64,000 bases of DNA. Origin: Octopus sinensis (lineage: Eukaryota). Within the stretch, counting starts at the first letter, position 1; each line of letters opens with the position of its first letter. Both the position numbers and the translations under genes were made by a program. The notes under the pieces were generated by a model that was not told the origin of the DNA, searched no databases, and was given only the letters and a program-made list of their open reading frames with translations. Positions 52,874 through 64,000 of this stretch are shown in pieces. Location of the stretch: positions 16,058,001 through 16,122,000 of the forward strand of contig NC_043001.1 in NCBI RefSeq assembly GCF_006345805.1, in the 5' to 3' direction.

Positions 52874-53661
52874 TATAACAGTTAGCTTAATTACTTTTTC
52901 TGATCAAGAAAAAAGTCATCAAATGTCTACATGAAACATTTATCGTTGGTTCGGATATTTTTCTATCGCTTAGTCAGAGGAAGAGTGAAGGCACGTGGCC
53001 AGTTCGTGATGGACCTTGCGCTCTCGATCGTAGGATAGTCGTTTCAATTCTCGGATTGGATGGTGCTTTGTGTTCTTGAGTAAGACAATTTGTTTCCCGT
53101 TGCTCCATTACATTTGGCTATTAATGTGTTCCTGTAATGGCCGAGAAGTTAACCGTACGACGGACCGGCGTCACGTTCAGTGGGAAATGTTGTGATCCTG
53201 GCCAATTATGTTTCATGGAAACTGGTTTAATTTCCGGCCTTAGGGCTTATGAAAAGAGGAAACAGTAGTGCGTATGTGCCTTTTAAGGTCTCTGACACTG
53301 GGGAAGAAGGGGAAAAGATTCATAACACAAAGGAGCAGATTTATCTATCTTTGTTTTAGTCATGGGCCTGCTGCCATGCTGGAGCACCGCCGTAAAGAGT
53401 TTCGTTGAACAAATCAACGCTAGGATTTAATTTTCTAATGTTTGGTGCTTATTCTATTAGGTACACTTGCCGAATCGCTAAGTTACGGGGGACGTAAACA
53501 AACCATTACTGGTTGTCAAGCGATGGCGGTGACAAATGCAAACAGACACATGCGTGTACACACACGCACGTGGGTATACTGACACAAACATTATCTATCT
53601 ATCAATCTATCAGTTTGTCTGTTTGTCTGTCAATCTGTCTAGCTATCTATCAGTGTGTGTG

Positions 53662-53716
<55 letters not shown>

Positions 53717-53774
53717 ATATCTATCTATCTGTCTATCTATCTGTCTATCTATCTATCTATCTCTCTCTCTCTAC

Positions 53775-53832
<58 letters not shown>

Positions 53833-53936
53833 CCAGCATTGCATGGAACTGCAAGAATTCTTCATAGGGTTCTTGAAGCATGACCAGTAAATAAATGTCA
53901 CTTTAGTCTGCTGACACTTTCCATCATACCCAGCAA

Positions 53937-54004
<68 letters not shown>

Positions 54005-54547
54005 TAATAATAATAACAACAACAATAACAACAACAATAATATCTTAACTGATTAGAAATGTTGTCATGTACATTGTTTTGGTATAAAAGATGGGCTACA
54101 GCAAATATTCTGCTCAGTACCACAGATTTGCTTGTCAGTTGTTTGACCATAACCAGTTGACCATGTCCCTTAGTGGCTGACGATATGTGCATCTCTGATC
54201 ACGAGCAGAAGTAGTGGGGGAGCATCATAGCCATGTGTTGAGAGGGAGTCTTTGGGGTTTGAATAATTCACCTCTGGAAACATGGGTGTTTCGTTCGACA
54301 TCCTTTAACGGCCCTTATTCAGGGACCTTTTGAGCGAGATGGGCTTCTGAACCTGAAAAAGTTTCTAACTGGGCCCCACCTGCCAGGTCATGCACTATTT
54401 ATGTTGATATGAGATATGTCGCGCATATATGGTTGTGATGCATGTGCCTAGTGTACCCTTATCAGACGGGTGGTCATGATGGGTATACTGGGCATCGTTT
54501 ATTTTACCTCAGTGTCACTTTGATGGCATGCATTGCTCTCTCACTCA

Positions 54548-54586
<39 letters not shown>

Positions 54587-54636
54587 TAATAATAATAATA
54601 ATATAAATGATAATAATGATGATAATAATAATAATG

Positions 54637-54690
<54 letters not shown>

Positions 54691-56159
54691 GATATTTGTC
54701 TGCGTGCCTCTATGTGTGCGTGCATACATACGTGCACCACGTGTATATGTATGTGTTTGTGTTTGCATTTGTCTCAGCCACCACGTGACAACCGGTGTTA
54801 GTATGTTTGCATCCCCATAACATAGTGATTCGGCAAGCATGACGGGTTGAATAAGCACCAGACTTGAACATTCAGTAGCGGGGTGGAGATGGTGCTCCAG
54901 CAGAGCCGCTATCCGACGACAAGTGAAAGATAACATAAATCTCCTCCTTCGTGTTATGAATCTTCTTTCCTTCTCGCCTTAGTCAGAGACCCTAAAGACA
55001 TTCACAGCACTGTTACTTCCTCCTACCAAGGTGCCGTGCAGTGGGATTGAACACGAAACATCATGGTTGCAAAGCGAGCTTCTTTGCCATTTCCACAGAT
55101 TATATAATTTGTGAGTCGGAAAGGCGGCGAGCTGGCAGAAACGTTAGCACGCCGGGTGAAATGCTTACCGGTATTTCGTCTGCCGTTACGTTCTGAGTTC
55201 AAATTCCGCCGAGGTCGACTTTGCCTTTCATCCTTTCGGGGTCGATTAATTAAGTACCAGTTACGCACTGGGTCGGTATAATCGACATAATCCGTTTGTC
55301 TGTCCTTGGGTAGTAAAGAAATAGGTATTTCGTCTGCCGCTACGTTCTGAGTTCAAATTCCGCCGAGGTTGACTTTGCTTTTCATTTTTTCGGGGTCGAT
55401 AAATTAAGCACCAATTGCGTCCTGTGGGTCGATCTAATCGACTGACCTTCTCCCCCCAAATTTCCGACCTTATGCCTAGAGTAGAAAAGCATATTGAATG
55501 GTATTCTTCTTTAAGGCGGCGAGCTGGCAGAAACGTTAGCACGCCGGGCGAAATGCTTAGCAGTATTTCGTCTGTCTTTGTGTTCTGAGTTCAAATTACG
55601 TCGAGGTCGACTTTGCCTTTGATCCTTTCGGGGGTGATAAATTATGTACCAGTTAGATACTAGGATCGATCTAATCGACTGGCCCCCTCCCCAACAATTT
55701 CGGGCCTTGTGCCTAGCGTAGAAAAGAATCGTTAGCATGCCGGAAAAAGTGCTTAGCGGCATTTCGTCCGTCCTTATGTTTTGAGTTCAAATTCCGCCGA
55801 GGTCGAGTTTGCCTTTCATCCCTTTTGGGGTCGATAAATAAATAGCACTTGAATACATGGGTTGATGTAACTGATTTATCCCCTTGCTCGAATTTCCTGG
55901 TCTTTAAACAAAATTTGACATCATTGTCAGTACATACACTGGAGTGACGATTCTTTCGGTAGAGATTCTGGGTTTACGGTTCTTCTGCTGATCTTATTTT
56001 ACACTGTTTTTTTCTTTCTTACCTTTAAAACTAAAATATGATACGAGGGGGAGAGAGAGAGAGGGGGGAGAAAGAGAGGGAGAGCGAGAGAGAGAGAGAG
56101 AGAGATTTCACTGCTATTTCTAGCAGGCTGCGCGAACACGTAAAACCCGAGGATATAAA

Positions 56160-56651
56160 TCTTTATATATAAAAGTGAAGTTGTGTGAGTGTCTGTCTCC
56201 TACGATTTAGATTCCTAACTACTCCCACATTTTGCGGTGCAGTTTAACCAAAACCGGGTATCTTATAGTCGTGATTCATATCGAGCCCTTCTGGGTATTA
56301 GCGCGCGTCTACGATGAGTCTACGATTTAAAAAAAAATTACCATCAATTTTTTCCATTTTAATGCATTTTTCGCTATTAAATAAGGGAAGTAACTGTCTA
56401 AAAATGTCTACGATGAGTCAACGATTAAAAAAAAAATTTACCATCATTTTTTTCCATTTTAATGCATTTTTTTCGCTATTAAATAAGGGAAGTAACTCTC
56501 TAAAAATGTCTACGATGAGTCAACGATTTAAAAAAAATTTACCATAATTTTTTTTTCCATTTTTAATGCATTTTTTTGGCTATAACTCTCTAAAAATGCT
56601 TATATAGTTATTTCCCTTACAAACCCGAGCAACGCCGGGCGATACTGCTAG
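56160..56651 (+). mobile_element. Non-autonomous Helitron with internal ~103-bp tandem repeats
   Basis: 5' A|TCTTTATATATAAAA; 3' hairpin CCCGAGCAACGCCGGG followed by CTAG|T; no TSD. Confidence 0.85.
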
Positions 56652-57084
56652 TTCGTTTTAAAACTAGACTGAAATGTAGTCGGGAGCGAACGAGGTCTTT
56701 AGCTGCTGATGTCGGAATATAAATCAAATAAAATATATTTTCTCAATGGCCGCAGTTTAGAGCATTAACACTGACAACAAAAGAAACCTCTGCTATTGAT
56801 ATATCGCAGCTAAAGAGATTAGGCGTTAATCCCCCCCTGCGTTTCGGCTGTTGCTATATTGTTGTTGCTAACTTATCTCTATGGGTTATAGTTGTTGTTG
56901 TTGTTGTTGCTGTTGATGCTGTAACCGCTCTTATAGTCGCCGTCGTTGTCGTTGCCGGCTCCGCTGCCGCCGCCGCCGCCGCCGCCGCCGCCGCAGCCAC
57001 CGTCGTCGTCGTCGTCGTCGTTACTGCTGCTACTGCTGATTCTCTTGTTGTTTACAGTTATCGCTGGTATAACCGTCAGCTGTT

Positions 57085-57681
57085 AAGGCGGCGAGCTTGG
57101 CAGAGAGGTTAGCACGCCGGGCGAAATGCGTAGCCGTATTTCGTCTGCCGCTACGTTCTGAGTTCAAATTCCGCCGAGGTCGACTTTTGCCTTTCATCCT
57201 TTCGGGGTCGATTAAATAAGTACCAGTTACGCACTGGGGTCGATATAATAGACTTAATACGTTTGTCTGTCCTTGTTTGTCCCCTCTGTGTGTAGCCCCT
57301 TGTGGGTAGTAAAGAAATAGGTATTTCGTCTGCCGTTACGTTCTGAGTTCAAATTCCACCGAGGTCGACTTTGCCTTTCATCATTTCGGGGTCGATAAAT
57401 TAAGTACCAGTTACGCACCGGGGTCGATATAATCGAGTCAATCCGTTTGTCTGTCCTTATTTGTCCCCTCTGTGTGTAGCCCCTTGTGGGTAGTAAAGAA
57501 ATAGGTATTTCGTCTGCCGTTACGTTCTGAGTTCAAATTCCGCCGAGGTCGACTTTGCCTTTCATCATTTCGGGGTCGATAAATTAAGTACCAGTTATGC
57601 ACTGGGATCGATATAATCAACTTAATCCGTTTGTCTGTCCTTGTTTGTCTGTGTTTAGCACCTTGTGGGTAATAAAGAAAT
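57085..57681 (+). mobile_element. SINE family A, trimeric form
   Basis: One head plus three units joined at AGAAATAG|GTATTTCG. Confidence 0.9.
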
Positions 57682-57893
57682 ATATATTATTCAGTGGCTG
57701 TGTGGTAAGTAGCTTGCTTATGAACTACATGGTTCCGGGTTCAGTCCCACTGCGTGGCATCTTGGGCAAATGTCTTCTACTATAGCCTCGGGCCGACCAA
57801 AGCCTTGTGAGTGGATTTGGTAGACGGAAACTGAAAGAAGCCTGTCGTATGTATGTATATATATATGTATATATATATATATATATATAAATG

Positions 57894-57957
<64 letters not shown>

Positions 57958-59564
57958 ATATATATATATATGTGTGTGTGTGTTTGTGTGTCTGTGTTTG
58001 TCCCCCTAGCATTGCTTGACAACGGATGCTGGTGTGTTTACGTCCCCGTCACTTAGCGGTTCGGCAAAAAGAGACCGATAGAATAAGCACTGGGCTTACA
58101 AAGAATAAGTCCCGGGGTCGATTTGCTCGACTAAAGGCGGTGCTCCAGCATGGCCGCAGTCAAATGACTGAAACAAGTAAAAGAAGTAAAAGTAAAAGTA
58201 AGCTGTTTTTACACTTGGGATGTTTTCTAATTGTTACGCTATTGTTATTGTTGTTGTTGTTGTTATAGGTCAAGGCGGACGTGGTAGTGGAGGTGGAGGT
58301 GATGGCGGTGGTGACGGAGAAGGTGGTAACGATGTGGTGGTGTTGATGGCGGTGGTGGCGATGGTTGCAATGCACCGCATCAACCATGGTGTAGCTGACG
58401 TACTGCGCCCGTCTCTTCATTGTTAATCTTATTTACTTATCTCAATTGATTAAACTTTATCTCAATGATGCCGTACAGACTTAATTACCCAAGTGAGATA
58501 ATCCAGCAAACTGTGTGTACTTTAGAAAGAGAGAGATTCTTACTCAGGTGTAAACATGTGCATACACGTGTGTACAGGTGAAATACCTAATTGGATAAGA
58601 CAGTTGGTTACCTTCTCAAAGATTGTATGTCTTACTATGTTTCAGAACTGAACGTCTAATATTGGTTTCACATTTTAGCACAAGGCCAGGAATTTTTTTT
58701 GTGTGTGTGTGGGTGTGGTGGTGGTGGGGGGAGGGGTAAGTCGTTTACATCGGCCCCAGTGTTCGGCTGGTACTTGTTTTATCGGCCCCGAAAGGACGAA
58801 AGGCAAAGTCGGCCGCGACAGAATTTGAACTCAGAATGTTAGATAAGGTAAGTAGCTTGCTTACCAGCCACATGGTTCCGGGTTCAGTCCCACTGCGTGG
58901 CACTTTGGGCAAGTGTCTTCTACTATAGCCTCGGGCCGACCAAAGCCTTGTCAGTGGATTTGGTAGACGGAAACTGAAAGAAGCCTGTCGTATATATGTA
59001 TATATGTATGAGGGTGTGTATATGTTTTTGTGTTTGTGTTTGTCCCCCCACCCCAACATCGCTTGACAACCGATGCTGGTGTGTTTACGTCCCCGTAACT
59101 TAGCAGTTCGACAGAAGAGACCGATAGAATAAGTACGAGGCTTACAAAGAATAAGTCCTGGGGTCGATTTGCTCGACTAAAGGCGGTGCTCCAGCATGGC
59201 CACAGTCAAATGACTGAAACAAGTGAAAGAGTAAAAGTGTAAGACGGATGAAACGCCGCTAAGTGTTTTGTCCGACGTGGTAAGGATTCGACCAGTTCGC
59301 AGTCCTCTGGATACCTAATATTGGTTTGAAATTTTGGCACAAGGCCAGCAGATTTAGGGGAGGGGTAAGTCAGTTAGATTGGCCCCACTGTTCAACTGAT
59401 ACTTATTTTATCGACCATGGCAGGCCAAAAGGCAAAGTCGAACCCGGCGGAATTTGAACTCAGATCCTAAAGACGGACGAAATACCGCTAATAATTTTGC
59501 CCGACCTGCTATCGATTCTGCTAGTTTGTCCTTTTTGGACACCCAATATTACAGTCAGTTGTGG

Positions 59565-60015
59565 TTCTGCATAGCATTTTCGGAAAGTGTCTTCCTAACA
59601 CATCTTGAGAAAATTTCCTCTTTACACGGCATCTTAGGAAAGTGTCTTATTTACACGGCATCAAAGGAAGTGTTTTCTGTATACGACATCTTCGGGAAGT
59701 TTCTTATATACACGGTATTTTGCGAATGTGTCTTCTCTATATAGCACCTTGAGAAAATATGTTAGCTACACAGTATCTTAGGAACGTCTTTTTAGAGATT
59801 GTCGTCTTCACACGGCATTTCAGGAAAGTGTCTTCTTATCATAGTATCTCGAGAAAATCTCTCCTCTACACGGCATCTTTGCAAAGTGTTTTATTTGCAC
59901 GGCATCGTGCGAAAGTGTGTTCTCTACACGACGTCTGAGGAAAGTCACTTCTTTACACGACATATCGGGAAAGTGCCTCATGTTGACCATTGCTCTGTAA
60001 GTGAAACTCGGTTGA
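59565..60015 (+). repeat. ~29-bp tandem array resembling the SINE family B core; partly duplicated at 61212-61404
   Basis: Unit approximately CACGGCATCTTGGGAAAGTGTCTTCTCTA, versus SINE CGTGGCATCTTGGGCAAGTGTCTTCTACTA. Confidence 0.75.
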
Positions 60016-60649
60016 GTGAAACTGCTTGGAGTCTTGTTATAGTGATCATTCCTGTATTTAGGTAGTAGATTTAAACTGCCACTCGGTTTAACAGCATCTA
60101 GCGCTTGAGCTCATTCTGCTGCGAAACTCTTAGCGACATTTCTTCCGGCTCTCAAATGCCGCCGAAGCCGACTTTGTCTTTCATCTTGTTGGAGTCGATC
60201 AAATAAGTACCAGTTAATCGACTTGCTCTCCTTTAAATTTACTGGTCTGGCCCACAAAATTTGAACCCATTGTTATGTAACTCCCAGTCAGTTGTGTATG
60301 ACAAGATAAATGTAATATAAGTAGTCAGGTGTGGCTGTGTGGTAAGAAACTTGCTTCCCAACTACATGGTTCTAGGTTCAGTCCAACTGCGTGGCACCTT
60401 GGGCGAGTGTCTTCTACTACAGCTTTGGGCTGATCAAGGCCTTGTGAGTGGATCTGGCAGACGGAAACTGAAAGAAGCTCGTCGTGTGTATGTATGTATG
60501 TATGTATGTATTTATGTATGTATGTATGTATGTATGTGTGTGTGTGCGTGTGTCTTTGTTTCTGTGTTCGGTTCCCATCGAAGTCAACTTTACGTTTCAT
60601 CCTTTCGGGTTCCTCCTCCTCCTCCTCCCCTCCCCCTCCTCCTCCTTAT

Positions 60650-60680
<31 letters not shown>

Positions 60681-61015
60681 AGCACCACCACCATCGTCGT
60701 CATTTAACGTCCGCTTTCCATTCTGGCGTGGGTTGGACGGTTTAACTGAGAGCTGGCAAGCCGGAAGGCTGCACCAGGCTGCAGTCTGACCTGGCAAGGT
60801 TTCTACAGCTGGATGCCATTCCTAACACCAACCACCCTGACAGTGCAGTGGGTGCTTTTTACGTGCCATCGGCACGGGAGCCAGTCAGGGGGCACTAACA
60901 TCGACAACATTCGGATGGTGCTTTTTACGTGCCACCGGCACGGGAGCCAGTGAGTGGGGAGCTGGAATCGACCACATTCGGATGGTGCTTTTTACGTGCC
61001 ACCGGCACGGAAGTC
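60650..61015. mobile_element. SINE-like repeat adjoining (CAT)n, with internal tandem repeats
   Basis: tttaacgtccgctttcc...; ggtgctttttacgtgcca(t/c)cggcacgg occurs three times. Confidence 0.55.
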
Positions 61016-62065
61016 AATCAGGACGGGCCGCTGGCAATCGATTAATCCCCTGCCCTCTAAAACTGCTAACCTTGTGCCAAAATTTGAAATGAATTTTTGC
61101 TCTCCATGTGGATGTGACATGGCAGAAACATTAGCACGCCAGTTAAAAAGCGTAGCGGCATTTCGTTCAGCCTTACATTTCGAATTCAAACGCTACAAGA
61201 GCCTATGTTAAGGAAAGTGTCTTCTTATCACAGTATCTCGAGAAAGTCTCTCCTCTACACGGCATCTTTGCAAAGTGTTTTATTTACACGGCATCTTGGG
61301 AAAGTGTGTTCTCTACACGACGTCCGAGGAAAGTCTCTTCTCTACACGACATGTCGGGAAAGTGCCTTATGTTGACCATTGTTCTGTAAGTGACACTCGG
61401 TTGAGATCCGCTCACAAGGCCTTGATCAGCTCAAAGCTGTAGTAGAAGACACTTGCCCAAGGTGCCACGCAATGGGACTGAACCTAGAATCATGTGGTTG
61501 GGAAGCAAGTTTCTTACCATCAGTTATTCTCCACTCTACTCCACTATCTCACCCCATTAATCTACTCCCTTGTAACTGTCACAGCTAACCACATCCCACT
61601 CACTATCTTACTGTTCCCCAATTGCCACACCCTTACTAGTTATTACACACTGTTGTCGTAATTGCCCTACACTTTATATCTAACTATCAATTGTTCCTCT
61701 AAAGGTCTCCTATCACTAAAGTCATATACTAAAATCACCTGTCAACCCTTTTTTTTACTATGAAGTCATAAGGAAAACTATGCTACTTTCCTTGGCGACT
61801 TTTATTCTTAAGTGTATCTCTAACGATTTTTCCATAGAATTTAGATCCAACACTGAAAGTTACGACGTTTCGTTTACGAATATCACCATGTAAATAATGC
61901 GATCGAAGATAGAAATATCGGTAATGGGTTTGTATGAATATTTCTAGAGTTATTCCTCCTTCTTTTATGGTTAATTGTGAAGTTAACGTCATAACCACAC
62001 GTTTATGCCTGTAGTCATCTTTGTTTCAGTATGTATTGAAGCTTGTCATAAATATTCAAGTAGGA

Positions 62066-62570
62066 AGGCGGTGAGCTTGCAGACACGTTTGCACACCAGG
62101 CTAAATCCTTAGTGGTATTTCGTCTTGTCTTTAGGTTCTGAGTTCAAATTCCGCCGAGGTCGACTTTGCCTTTCATCCTTTCGGGGTCGATGAATTAAGT
62201 AACAGTTACACACTGGGGTCGATGTAATCGACTTAATCCGTTTGTCTGTCCTTGTTTGTCCCCTCTGTGTTTAGCCCCTTGTGGGTAGTAAAGAAATAGG
62301 TATTTCGTCTGTCGCTACGTTCTGAGTTCAAATTCCGCCGAGGTCGACTTTGCCTTTCATCCTTTCGGGGTCGATAAATTAAGTACCAGTTACGCACTGG
62401 GGTCGATGTAATCGACTTAATCCGTTTGTCTGTCCTTGTTTGTCCCCTCTGTGTTTAGCCCCTTGTGGGCAGTAAAGAAACAGGTATTTCGTCTGCCGCT
62501 ACGTTCTGAGTTCAAATTCCGCCGAGGTCGACTTTACCTTTCATCCTTTCGGGGTCGATAAATTAAGTAG
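62066..62570 (+). mobile_element. SINE family A, multimeric form (~2.5 units)
   Basis: Same unit junction as at 11.9-12.6 kb and 57.3-57.5 kb. Confidence 0.88.
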
Positions 62571-64000
62571 GTTTTTCCTTTCCCATTTCTTACACAATCA
62601 AAGCTCATGGCTCCCACCATCAAGTGGTTTAATTACAATCGTGCAGTAAGGCGGTGCCCCAGCATGGCCACAGTCTAATGACTGAAGCAGGTGAAAGATA
62701 AAAGATAAGGGGAATGATTCATACCAACAATTCATGGAGAACTCCAACCACTTGCATTAGCTAGAGGTTTTTACTCACCAATGTAATGCAAGTAAATCTA
62801 CTATCATAAAACCCCTCCCTCCAAAATTACTGTGGGGCCTCTTAGTCACCGCCAAAATTGCTCTGAGGCCTCCTAGTCACCTCCAAGATTGCTGTGGAGC
62901 TCTCTGGTTATCCCCAAAATTTGCAGTATGAAATTTTGCTTTATGAAAACGGTGGACTGACAGAATCATTAGAGCGTCATGTTCTGGATTCTTATTCTGC
63001 CACGATCGACTTTGCCTTTCATCCTTCCTGAATCGATAAAATAAAGTACCAGTCAAGTACGAAGATCAGTTTAATCAACTGATGCTCCCACACATTCGTA
63101 ATCTCAAGCTTATTTTAAAATGATTTGTCTTTCGTCCTTTACTCTCTGCTTTACTCTACCATTTTATATCACCGAACTCTTATAACTGTCACTATAGACT
63201 ACATTACACCCATTAATTCTTTTCTAGCAACGATTCTCACCTCAAAATTTGCAGTAGAGCTTTCTGGTCCTTCCCCAGACGGATACTTACAAACCTTAGC
63301 TTTCTGTTAGCAGTACTCCTACTGAAATTGAAGGTGGCGAGCTGACAGAATCGTTAGCTCGCCGGGCGAAATGCTTAGCAGTATTTCGTCTGTCGCTACG
63401 TTCTGTGTTCAAATTCCGCCGAGGTCGACTTTGCCTTTCATCCTTTCGGAGTCGATTAAATAAGTACCAGCTACGCACTGGGGTCGATGTAATCGACTTA
63501 ATCCGTATGTCTGTCCTTGTTTGTCCTCTCTGTGTTTAGCCCCTTGTGGGTAGTAAAGAAATAAGTACTCTTACTGAAAAAAAAAAGCGCCAAACAAACC
63601 TGCGCATGCTCCGTCTTGACCACCTCCACCTCCCAGCCAAGTTGCCCCATATATAATTTCTAAGCAGGTCTCATTTTTTGGAGTGGAAATTTCTAGTTAA
63701 ACTACCATTTCAATATTTGTCAACAGACCCATTTATCAACTCTTATATTTACCTTATATTTGGTAATTTCTCTCATATTCTTTATTCTGGCAATTGCATC
63801 CCTACTGTCAGTCGCTTCTGATAATATACACGTCTGTGAAGATGACAATACGCTTCACTTTACTTAAACTTCTGCATCCACGCAACTGTCATTCTAGAAA
63901 TACACGATTTCATCAACAAGGATATTAAATACATACTTTAACGAGGCATATAACATCTATCTTCTTTCGAGCACGCAGAAAACCTATCACCACACATGTT

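Overview
AT-rich, repeat-saturated animal DNA; the SINE/LINE/microsatellite landscape resembles coleoid cephalopods such as Octopus (inference from repeat families only). The only clear host gene is a caspase-3/7-like effector caspase (2390-3250, +) with an intronless coding region broken by three 1-nt frameshifts. The rest is mobile DNA: RTE and CR1 LINE fragments, a cluster of R4/Dong-like restriction-like-endonuclease retrotransposons in (TAA)n, a second such family in (CATA)n, mariner/Tc1/pogo-type remnants and MITEs, a non-autonomous Helitron, and at least six SINE-like families. The most notable signal is not in the ORF track: several sequence-unrelated non-coding elements carry type I hammerhead ribozyme motifs (CTGANGA...GAAA-palindrome-TH). 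Most have the tandem-plus-inverted terminal architecture of Penelope-like pseudo-LTRs/retrozymes. They include a near-perfect 880-bp palindrome with a hammerhead in each arm and a tRNA-headed SINE with a hammerhead-like tail. Most ORFs in the supplied track are microsatellite artefacts. Coordinates were read by eye and repeat boundaries are approximate.
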